Source: Torpedo marmorata (taxonomy: Eukaryota). Taken from it: DNA of 64,000 nucleotides. Location of the stretch: positions 26,288,001 to 26,352,000 of the forward strand of contig OZ360232.1 of NCBI GenBank assembly GCA_977017645.1. The letters are read 5' to 3'. Positions 36,190-46,700 of this stretch are shown piece by piece (the first letter of the stretch is position 1; the number at the start of each line of letters is the position of its first letter). The notes beneath the pieces were generated by a model that saw only the letters and a program-made list of their open reading frames with translations, searched no databases and was not told where the DNA came from. A program made the position numbers and the translations under genes.

Positions 36190-37410
36190 AGTCCATCAGG
36201 AGAACAGGAAATGTAGAAGGATAATTGAAAAAGAAAAATTAGGAGTCCAAGGACAGGGCATGATTGATTGTCAAGATCAAGGAAAATTTCAAGGTCAAGG
36301 AAAATACCAAAGAACTTTATCCGTTTATTAAGGGCAAAGGGGTAATCGGAGATTGGATAAGGGCAATGTGCACAGAGGCAGACATGTGAGACCTCAAATG
36401 AATACTTTCCATTAATTACATATCTGAGAGCCCAATGCCAGTGGTAGGGAACTATTAGAAAAGGTTTTGAGGGGCAGAATTCATCCACACATGGAAAAAC
36501 TCACTGATGGTGAGCATCCTTCTTTGTCAGGGGAAATCCTGTCTGATAATTTGATTGAATTGGACACCTTTGACCAGTGCAGCACCACAGGGATCAGTGT
36601 TTGGACACTAACTGTTTATAATACATTAACAAATTGAATATGAATGCAGGTTTTGTAGATGTACAGGAAAATAATTGATGTTGCCAATAACGAGGACGAT
36701 AGTGAGGCTACAGTCGATCAATTGGTGATGTGGGGTGAGCAATGGCAGATGGAATTTTAATCCTCAGAAGAGTGGGGTATGTGCTTTGGTGAGGGGGGGG
36801 GAACTAATAAGCATAGGACACATACAATGAATGATGTGGCCTTAGTAAGTAGTAAGGAAAAGTAAGACCATGGTGTACAAGTCCAAGGACCCCTGAAGGT
36901 GGCAGTACAGGTAGATAAGATAGTGAAAAAGGCACATGGCACACTTGTCTTCATTAGCTGGGGTAGAGAATATAAGAGCATGGAGATTATAGTATAACTT
37001 CATCATAAATTTTGTTTAGGTCATAACTGTTTTTCCATGTGCACTTCTGGTCACCACATTAGATAAATGGCTTGATTACACTGGAGAGGTGATTCACCAG
37101 GAGGTTGCCTGGGATAGAGTATTTCAGTTATCAGGATATTCTGGAGAGGCTGGGTTTGTTTATCTTGAGTGGAGAAGGCAGTGGGGGAGGCGGGGGGGAG
37201 GTGGTGGTGGAATAGATGCATACAAAATTATGAGTGGCATGGGAGGTGGTAGGATGCTATTCCCCAAGGCAGAGGTGTCTAAAACCAGAAGGCAAGTTTA
37301 TAAAGGTTCAGATAATATCTCTGGAAGATTTTTTTTCACCAAGAGAGTTGTCACAATCTGAAACATGTAGTGAAACATGGAAGTCTGCAGACTCTGTGAT
37401 TGTAATAATC
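36190..37410 (+). mobile_element. Degraded, internally deleted CR1 LINE
   Basis: LNEYF, ccacagggatcagtgttggac (PQGSVLG), WQMEF*S, KKAHGTL, ttctggtcaccaca and FFTKRVV remnants. Confidence 0.7.
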
Positions 37411-37512
37411 GTGGAGGCAAGTAGCCAGAAAGGACACGTGGCTGTGGAAGCGAGTTTGGGTGAGTTGGCGGAGGCAAGTAGCCAGGAAGGACACGTGGCT
37501 GTGGAAGTAAGT
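37411..37512. repeat. Direct repeat, 57-bp period, ~1.8 copies
   Basis: ggaggcaagtagccag(a/g)aaggacacgtggctgtggaag occurs in units starting at 37411 and 37468. Confidence 0.85.
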
Positions 37513-38475
37513 CTCTGAAACATTCTGACTGAGTGAGTGGTGCAGGCAGGTTCTCAGAAATACTAATAGGAGCACTTTAAAAGAGTTTGGAGAACTGCAG
37601 CTGAGAGTAAGGGTAGAAAGTGGCAATACTGTAAAATTAGAGAGGCTTTCTACTATACTATCTGACACAAGAGCCCTGTGAAATGGACATATTTACCTCT
37701 TACTCAAGTTGAGTTTTTGCATGAATTTCTATCCATAAAATAATGCAGGAACAGTCAACAGAATCAAACAAAAATTGCAGGTTTTCAGTTTATTAGCCAA
37801 TGATCTATAATATAACACAACTTATTCAAGGTAATTGGCTGCATAATTCAAAGATAAATTTCCAACACAACACATCCACCATCATTCACTAATCATGCAC
37901 AATTCATCATTGTAGTTCATAATATTTCCTCAATAATTTATTTGTATTATTCACAAAGGTTGAAAGAAACAACCTACAGGATATCTCATTTGGAGTTTTG
38001 AAGCCCAATCGGTTATGTGCAAACTACGTTATTTATTAAGTGTTTTATATTGGTATGCTTGATCTAATTGCTGAGTGAATAATAGACTGCGAAATAAAGA
38101 CTTGCAAATTACTTTCTTTGCAATTTATTGAAAAATCTCACCCCAGAAAAAAAAACCAACTTAATCCAAGAATATATATTTTTTGGCAAGCTGTTTACAT
38201 AATTATCAGGATTCAACTTGATTAATTAAACTTCAGGCAACAACCAAATGTAAAGAAAAACTGATACACACTTGTTACACTAACTGATTGTAACTCCCAT
38301 CTGCTTTCCTATGGTTACAAACTCATCAAAATATGCAACAGAAAACCGGAAGCCCTCTCTGCAATCTGGAGGATTTCCTTTGCCATTGAAGACAATTAGT
38401 TTTTGTATGTTTTGTCTGACTGGTTGCCAAATTTATTCCACGTTAACTGAAAATTAGTTCCTGAATACTGATATA

Positions 38476-38657
38476 CAGTAAAACCCCATATCCGGCAGTT
38501 TTCCGGTTGCTGGAGAGTGCATGTTGCGTGATTGGTGAACAAACAGGGAGGCGCGCCAATTTTAAACTTCTGTATTATTTACCTATTTTCCGCTTTTTTT
38601 TGCCGGCTGCTTGAGGCTGCCGGTTGCATGAATTTCGGATAAACATGGGTTTTACTA
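38476..38657. mobile_element. Tc1/mariner (Tigger-type) MITE, internally deleted
   Basis: TA-CAGTAAAACCCC...GGGTTTTACTA-TA; body matches 6858-7074. Confidence 0.85.
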
Positions 38658-38719
38658 TAGATCTATATCAAGTTATGGAGTGGATGAAGATAGCTCATGT
38701 GAATTTAGCACAGTTAAAG

Positions 38720-39240
38720 TCACAGAAAATGTTAGAAACACTCAGCAGGTCAGGAAGCGTGTGCAGAGGAAGAAAGAGAATTTGCATTTCTGTTCAATGA
38801 TCTTCCATTTTAATGACCTGGGAAAAGTTCGAAATAAATAAGTTTAAGCTGTTGTGAAAGGAGAAGGGGAAAGGGCAGGGAGAACAAAGAGAAGGTCTGT
38901 GGAAGGGTGGATGCCAGGAGACCAGGAGAACATGAATGATACAACAGATGGTGGTGTTAGCAAAGGAAGGTAGCAAAGGTGCATCTGGCCATGATGCCCA
39001 TCAGGGGTAAAGGATAAAATAATGTATGATATACCAAAAAAGGACAGAGGAAGGAAAATTGAATGCAATGAGAGGTACAAGTCTGGAATGACTGATTATC
39101 TGAAATTGGAGAATTCAATGCTGAGACTAAAATGCTGAATATGAGAGATTGTTCCTCAAAATTACATTAGAACAGCTGAAGTGGCTAAATGTGGAGAGGT
39201 CAGAATGGGAGCAATATGGAGAATTAAAATGACATTCAAA
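38720..39240 (-). mobile_element. Old Penelope-like 3' fragment
   Basis: gaaaatgttagaaacactcagcaggtcagg is the reverse complement of the family end; purine-rich stretch and tgaaattggagaattcaatg follow. Confidence 0.5.
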
Positions 39241-39640
39241 TCAACAGTGCTGAGGTGGAAATGCTGGAGAGCTTCAAGTTCTCAGGAGTAAATGTCATCA
39301 ACAACTGCCCTGATCAAAACACATTGACACTACGGCCAAGAAAATGTACCTAGGACTGGTCTTCATTAGAACCTGAGGGAAATTCAGCATGTCCTCGGGA
39401 TCTCATACCCATTTTTAATTTTTATGGATGTTCCATGGAAAGTATCCTGTTCAGATACACTGTTTTATCTGCATTTTTCTCTATATCCTGCACTTTGTCT
39501 TTAAACACTATATCCTGCAACTTTTGACTTGCTGACATTACACCCTGCACTTTGGTTTTATTATTGCACTGTACTTAAGAATAAGTTGATTCATCTGGAT
39601 AGCGCACAAAACATCTCGGTATATGTGATAATAAACAATT
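39240..39640 (+). mobile_element. Old, internally deleted Rex1 fragment
   Basis: gagagcttcaagttctcaggagta (ESFKF.GV), gaaagtatcctg (ESIL) and a Rex1-like 3'UTR ending gataataaac. Confidence 0.55.
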
Positions 39641-39766
39641 AAAATCAGTGAATTAAAAGACTGTTGTAAACAACATTTACAAGAAAATGGTCATGTTAAT
39701 TAGGATGGAATATCATGAACCATACATCAACAAGGCTGGACTGCTGGACAACAAGTTAGCTATTTT

Positions 39767-40040
39767 GAAGTAAATCACGAAAATCTGTAGACACCGTAGT
39801 TTCAGAAGTAAATCACGAAAATCTGTAGACACCGTGGTGTCTCTTTTCTCCTTTCTCCACCTATCATCTCCTGCCTTTGCCACCCCCTCCCCCCCACCCA
39901 CTCTTTTGTTCGGACACCTGCCCGCATTTTCTCATACTTTGATGAAGGACTCAAACCCAAAACGTCGGTTATGTATTTCTACCTTTGCTACATAAAGGGC
40001 ACTATTTGACCTGCTGAGCTTCTCTAGCATTTGTGTTTTT
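39767..40040 (+). mobile_element. Rearranged Penelope-like end insertion
   Basis: 14-bp TSD aagttagctatttt (39753-39766 and 40041-40054); body matches 57552-57817; starts with two inverted copies of the family 3' terminus. Confidence 0.8.
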
Positions 40041-40364
40041 AAGTTAGCTATTTTAGTGCTTTTGTCCAAATAACTACGGTACTTATGCTCTCTTAGTTTT
40101 GCTCATTTTACAGCCAGCCATGTCTAAACTAATATTTCCTGGACAATATAACCAGGACACCTGCCAAAACCACCTTCGTCCTTGGACACAGATTGCACTT
40201 AATTGGTTGATCAGGTGGGGAGATCACATACAGGTTTTGCAACTAAACTCGCTGCAACCAGGAGGAGGGCTAGAGACTGACCTCGAGTTAAATCTAAAAC
40301 AATGGAAAACTGAAAAAAACTTCTGCGATTTGACAGTGCTCTGAGTTACGATGTATCGGAGAAT

Positions 40365-40535
40365 GCTTAAACAAGAAAATCTGCGGAGGCTGGGGTTCAG
40401 TGCAATAAACAAAAGTGCTGGAGAAGCTCAGCAGCTCACGCAGCAACCAGAGGAAGTAATAGGTAACCAACACTTTGTGCCTGAGCCCTTCGTCAGGAAT
40501 AAAGACAAACAGGTAGATAGATGCCTGACAAAAAT
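40365..40535 (-). mobile_element. Penelope-like end fragment with hammerhead-like motif
   Basis: Minus strand CTGACGA-A-GGGC-TCAG-GCAC-AAAG-TGTTGG, then ctgctgagcttctccagcacttttg. Confidence 0.7.
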
Positions 40536-41589
40536 CTAGTATAAGTTATATGGTATTGTGCTATTATAATCACCACAACAATTGCATTCCAGTAGGCCTT
40601 TAAAGAGCAGTGGATTACATTAACCCAGGTCGTGTGATATCTAGGTTGCAATATTTAGACATTTTGAGTGTTGAAAGACTGATTGTTGAAATTAACATAA
40701 AAAGTTGGCATTTGCAAACAGTGCAAAACAAATTTCTTCCATTCACAAGATAATTGCAGGAGCCTTTACAATAGAAAATGTTGATATATTCCAGGGCTCT
40801 GTGTTACACTTGCGCACCTGTGCCTTTTGAGACAGAATGGAATCACATGGAGCAGATATTCTGTAACAGTTAAGTGACCTAGGCCTTCATGATAATACAG
40901 TAGTCTTCAAGATACCATACTTCTGTCTAACATTTTCAGATAAACAAAATTTACTCAAATATCCAGTTTTTTTTTTAGCCAAAGTTCTCATGCTCCCCAT
41001 ACAGGGAATAAAAAAATCAATTGGCCCCACAAGCACATATTAATCCCAAATTCCATTTATCATTTATCCAATCTCTTTTTCCCCAGTTGTGCAATCCTCT
41101 GTATGAAGCAGAGATACAAAGAAAAATCCTAAAGCCAAATTTTGAAAAATAATTTTAATTCTTAAAAGCAATGAAGCAAGCTTTACATGGCAACAGTTTA
41201 TTAATCCCAGTTAATACAATTTCTTCCCATAATTTATAATTTATATATAGATTAGGTGATTTTCACTAATGGCATAAAAAGGTTGATTGAGATTCAGCAT
41301 TACACGGGCTGCTTCTCTAATACATCTTGAGGCAGAGAGAGGAGAGTGTGGTTTCAGTGCATTGCTTAGGTTTTTATTTCCCAAGAAAACTTTTACATCA
41401 TAGAGGTCCACTGTAGATTTCTCAATGTCCTCCACAAAATGCTACAATGGAAATATTTGTGAAGGAGGTCAGAAAGAGATAACAAAAGCACGGTCATTTG
41501 ATGAACAGTGGCAGGCCAGCAGAAATGGGGAGAATGGTCTGCAAAGCTAGTCAACAATGGAAATAGGCAGACAAGGCATACAAATGGAT

Positions 41590-42800
41590 GTGCGCGAAAT
41601 CCAAACAGAGATGGTGACGCCCTTTGAGCCTGCTCTGCCTTTAAATTAGGTCACAGCGGATTGACTGTTACCTCTTCCACATTCCTGCCTTCTCCCTCTC
41701 ACACCTTGCTTATCAAGAATCCAATACACAAACATGTCGGAGAAACTCAGCAGGTCATGCAGCGTCCATAGGAAGTAAAGGGTAACCAACATTTCAGGTA
41801 TCAGGAATCCATCTACCTCTGCCCGAAAATATTCAAACAATTCTTTGAGAGCTCCAAAGTTTCTCTCAGGAAAAAAAAAAAGTCTCATCTCTGACGCAAA
41901 TGGCTTTTTTTAAATTGTCACACTCAAGGTCAATCAGCACAAGATGAAACATTCTCTCCACATTGACCCTTTCAAGGTTCTTCAGGATCTAATGCATTTC
42001 TATCAAGCCAATCTTTCCTCTCAAGATAGCCTGCCCATTCCAAGGTATTAGTTGAGTCAACCTTCTGAACTACTTACAATGTATTAATACCTTTCCTTAA
42101 AGAAGGAAACTATTACCATGTGCGGTACTCAAGATGTGGTTTTACCAATTCTCAAAGATGAAGTACAGCCTGACTATTTAATTCCCCTTGGAAGAATTAA
42201 GAACATTCAGGTTTCTGAATTATTTGCTCCACATTAGCTTTTACAAATCATGCACGAGGGCACACAGGTCCTTAGCACCTCACAGATCTACAATCCCTTA
42301 ACAACAAGGTAATTTGATAATTTTCTATTTTTTTTTGGCAAAATGGTCAATTTCACATTTTTCCACATCATTTTCCAGACGTTTGTCCACTGACCAACAC
42401 CTTTTCCTTTCTGTTATCCTTCTGTCCTCTTTACAATTAAAAATTAAAAGCAACACATCAACCATCTAACTTGCAATTCATTTTAAATCCCTGGGATGAA
42501 GTCCATCTGGACACAGTAACTTGTCAGTCACTGCTTCATCAATCTGGTCAATGTCACTTCCTGGAAGATTGCAATTTTCCTGAGCTCTGTCTTCCCTTCT
42601 GATTCCCAATTTGGAGTTATTCTGGACGTTCCTTGTATCTTCTATAGTGAAGGTTGAATCCACTTAAATCATCTGGCATCTCTTTATTTTCTATTATTTA
42701 CTCCCCACACTCAATTTCTGGAGAAGCAACACTCACATAGTATCATTAAGTATCTATCAAAAGGCATTCATCTGTTTTTAAATTTTTGGCCAACTTTGTC
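41590..42800 (-). mobile_element. Degraded CR1 LINE with a Penelope-end fragment at ~41725-41800
   Basis: CR1 3'UTR remnants, CPDGLHPRDLK and FTIED (ORF 42478-42663); inserted ggagaaactcagcaggtcatgcagc. Confidence 0.6.
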
Positions 42801-43211
42801 GCATACATGGAAGCATTGTTAAAATTCACTTAATGATATAATACAATCACCTCTCCACACTCAACTCTCATCTCTGCCCTTCCTTTGGGTCCAGCATTTT
42901 GAGCCTTATCTTCCCCATAACAGAATTACAGAATAATAATTATGGGATAGACAGAGAACGTTCAGCCCAATGAGTCTGTATTAACTCCAAGATCAACCAT
43001 GCCAATCCCTTTCCTTTGTTCACTCCCTGTCACTCCTTTTCAAATGCTACTATTAAATCTTCAACTTCTGCAATGCTTGGCATGCCATACACTAATTTCA
43101 TGCTTTCCAAAAATAATCTTTCCCATTTCAATTTTGGGTCTTTTGACAATTACCTTCATTCTATCTCATTTGATTCTCAATCATTCTATTGATAGATCCT
43201 GTTGGTTTCAA

Positions 43212-43463
43212 TCAAACAGCACCAATAGCCTGAATACGACTGGGATTGTCTGATCTCGGAAGGTAAGCAGGCACAGGACTGGTCAGTACTTGGAGGGGAG
43301 ACCACCAAGGAACATCAGGTGCTGTAGGTTTCTGAGGGGCGCTGGACAAAATAGCGACCCTTTGTCTGCCTTACGGTAGACAAAAATTAAAGAATTTCAT
43401 GTATGTTACATTCTAAATGTAGTATTATGTGACAATAAGGAACATTTAACCTTTTTAACCTTT
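43212..43463 (+). mobile_element. 5S rRNA-derived SINE (SINE3) with Rex1-type 3' tail
   Basis: 43212-43331 aligns to full-length 5S rRNA (gtctgatctcggaag.taagcagg...ctggtcagtacttgga.gggagacc...ggtgctgtaggttt) with many substitutions; followed by tttgtctgccttacgg...gtgacaataaggaacatttaacc. Sits inside an old minus-strand CR1 tail. Confidence 0.85.
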
Positions 43464-43554
43464 AATTCTGTTGCAAACCCATAATAATTTTTAAATACCT
43501 CCATTGCATCACCTCACAACCTCCTCTGTTTCAAGAACAGCATCATCTTACTCA

Positions 43555-45320
43555 ATAAGTAAGAAAGAAATAGAAGCAAGAGAAGGCCATCCGGCCTGTT
43601 GAGGCTGTTCTGCCATTCAATACAATTATGGCTTATCTGAAATCTCCTTTCCAACTCCCAAAAGTCTTTACATCCTTCCTGGAGGATAGCACCCAGAAAG
43701 AGATACAATGCTCCAGCTGTAGCTAATCACTGTTTCATCACATCCTTCTGATCCTGTGTCTATGATTTATAAACAGTAGGATACTATATGCTTTTTTAAA
43801 CTACTTTCTCAACCTACCCAGCCATCTGCAGCAAATGATGCACATGGAGCAGCAGAGCTCTTGTATTTAACCCTTTTTAGGATTGTGCTCTCAAGTTTAG
43901 ATTGTCCGCTCTCATTCATCCAAACAAAATGTAACACTTTACAATTCTCTACATTAATTTTGCACCTGCTACCCAGCTGACCCATCACTAGCCTGATCGT
44001 ATTTCCCTGCGAAGGTAGTTTGAGGGATGCTCTTTTATTCTGCATCAATAGTCCTCCATCAATAGGGTCCTTTCCTGGTCATTGTTTGACCCTATCTTTC
44101 CTCTCACAATCATTCATATTCCTGTGGAATTATTTTGGATTCCCTTCTATGTTTGCTGCCCATCTTTACATATGCTCTCTCTTTCCCCACTTATTTTCTA
44201 TTTTTTAACTTCCTCATTGACTTTTCTCAATGAAGACTGGTTCTAATGTGTTAAAAACTGGGCATCTGCAGTCTGCCCCTTCCTTCTGCTCCATTGTACT
44301 CTCCAATATTTTAGTCATCCCTGAGTTCTGGTTCTACATTCTCTATATTCCCTGAAATGAATCTCCCTACACTGTGTTGGAAACACCTCCATGTCAGTTA
44401 TGCCTGTCAAGCTTCAAGTCAACCACATCCATGGCAGATCTGTTCTCTTCCCTTTCAAATTGGCTCTTCTCCAACTATCTTATACTTGGAATGGACTTCT
44501 CCAAAGCTATTCCAAACCTTATATTTGTGACAATTATCTAAATTGTAATATTTGATAATTGAAGCCCCATTATCAACTGCAATTTCTCTGCAAATGTGTT
44601 CCTCAATATAATTTCTGTCAGTTGCTAGCCGACAGATTAGCGCCAGTAGTGTTGTTGCACATAAATTGTTCCTTACTCTTAACAGATTGATTCTGTCCTT
44701 GATCATGCTCCAAATTCTCTCTTCAGCACTGCAACATTCTCCTTAATCTGCACTGTCACTACCCCACTCTTTTCTTCTCTTCCCCATCTTTCCTGAACAA
44801 ATTGTACTCATCAATATGCAGAACTGATTCCTGTCCTTTATGTAGGCAAGGCTCAGCCATAAACGCAATTTTGCAATTCCACATGGTTAATAATGTCTGC
44901 AGTCTTCCAATCTTGTTTAATACAAATTTTGTGTTCACGTACATGTGTCATAAACTGAGACCTTTGTATACTCACTTCCTGTTTACAAATTTTCTGTTTC
45001 TTGCTTTGGTGATTTTTGTCTCTCCCAATCATTTTTACATGTTTTCTCCTCTTCGTTCTTGCCCTCTTCTGCCCATTTCCCTTTCAAATCTGTTTAATCC
45101 TCCCCCAACATTATCAAACCTTCCCTAAAGAACATTAGTCCCAGCTTTGTTAAGGTGCCTATTGGGCCTACATGAATGGCACTTTCCCAAATACCCCAGT
45201 AATCTAAGGACCCCAACAGCTCTCCTGCACCCTCTTCTATGACATATTGATCTGGGCTATCCTCTTAAATGACTCTGCTCACTGGCAAAAAGCACTACAT
45301 GTAATCTTGAGATTATCCAT
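43555..45320 (-). mobile_element. Degraded CR1 LINE fragments
   Basis: CR1 tail aagaaagaaatagaagcaag..ggccatccggcc; INVENCKVLHF; endonuclease N-terminal MYVNT..VLNKIG.LQ...E...FRKD (ORF 44759-44944). Confidence 0.6.
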
Positions 45321-45539
45321 CTTTGAACATAGAATGGTGCAGCATAGTCCAAGCCCTTGGGCCTACGATGTTGTGCCGACCTATATAAACCTTCTCCACA
45401 TCAATCTACTGTGTCCCTCGCTCACAACCCATAACCCTCCATTTTTTCATACATCCATATGCCAATCTAAGAGTCTTTTAAATGCCCCTGTTGTATTAGC
45501 CTCTACCAACATGCCTGACAATGCATTCAAGGCACCCAC

Positions 45540-45772
45540 TGTGGTAAACCACTGTATATAACTGTATATATGTTTGTAGTCATCTGGACACGCCCCTTAC
45601 TGACTGTACCTGTGGCTCCTCCCACAGACCCTGAATAAAGGCCATTGTGCCACAGCTCCCTCCCCAGTCCAGGACAGATGACCACCAGGAATACGTATCC
45701 ATTCCGATGTAAATAAAAGCCTATCAGTTCCTACATAACTTCTAGTTTTTCGGAGTTATTGATGGTGCATCA
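45540..45772 (+). repeat. 5' LTR (233 bp)
   Basis: TGTGGTAAACC...GATGGTGCATCA; AATAAA at 45712; about 9 substitutions and 1 indel versus the 3' LTR by manual count. Confidence 0.95.
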
Positions 45773-45796
45773 ATGTTATTTACATTGCTTTCGATA

Positions 45797-46700
45797 ATGG
45801 ATCAGTACCTGAAACCAGAAAAGTTGGAACTAGACCCTCAATCACCCGAGGCATCTAACAGTTTTGAAAACTGGCTGCATTGTTTTGAGGCATTCTTGCG
45901 GGTCTCCGCTACTGTCGTCCAATCTGAGGAAGACAAACTGCAAGTACTACATTTCCGGGTCAGGCCCCGGGTATATTTGATGATCAGGGACACCGAATCT
46001 TATCAGGAGGCCATGGACATGCTGAGAGGCCAGTACCTGAAGAAGGAAAATGAGGTCTATGCTAGGCATCTCCTGGCTACCCGAAAACAGCGACCCGGGG
46101 AATCGAGCGCCGAGTACCTCGAACCCTCAGACGGGCCTATGGCTGCAAGGCCATAACGGCCGCGGCAAACACGGAGGACCTCATTAGAGACACCTATGTC
46201 GCCGGTATCCGATCCAATTACATACGGCAGAGACTGTTGGAGCAGGGTGAGCTTAATTTGCAGAAGGCAGTGGACCTAGCAGGCATGCTAGAAGTGGCCC
46301 TCCAAAATATGGACGCGTACTCAGCCGATAACGCGGCCGCATCGTGGTTACTGAGGGCGCTGCCATCTTGGGACGCGGGAGGGCCGCAAGCCTGTTCAAC
46401 ACCGCCACCGCCACGTCCCGTCAGCGACTCGACTACGGCCGCAATACTCCGTGATCAGCCGAAGTGCTACTTCTGCGGACTGGATAAGCATCCCAGAAAA
46501 CGCTGCCCGGCGAAAGACGCGGTCTGATCTAGCTGCGGAATGAAGGGGCACTACGCGAAAGTCTGCAAGTCCAAACCACCTTCAAGACACAGCACTGCCG
46601 CGTGCGAGCAAGGGGCCGCCAACTTGGATGGCGCCATCTTGGGATCGAACACCCGAACACCGCATCGCTTCTATGGAACCCGACAGTGACTCAGTACTGG
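45797..46700 (+). pseudogene. gag: Gypsy gag (frameshifted)
   Basis: MDQYLKPEKLELDP...RHLLATRKQRPGES; CYFCGLDKHPRKRCPAKDAV*SSCGMKGHYAKVC (two CCHC knuckles, stop at a Cys). Confidence 0.85.

Noticed and set aside
36270-36307. Short tandem duplication tcaag(a/g)tcaaggaaaat, and the triple ttgcctgaa near 5370-5413
   Set aside because: Ordinary slippage-scale duplications with no further structure.
43212-43331. Functional 5S rRNA gene
   Set aside because: Many substitutions including in the internal promoter region, no T-run terminator, not in an array, and fused to a LINE-type tail.
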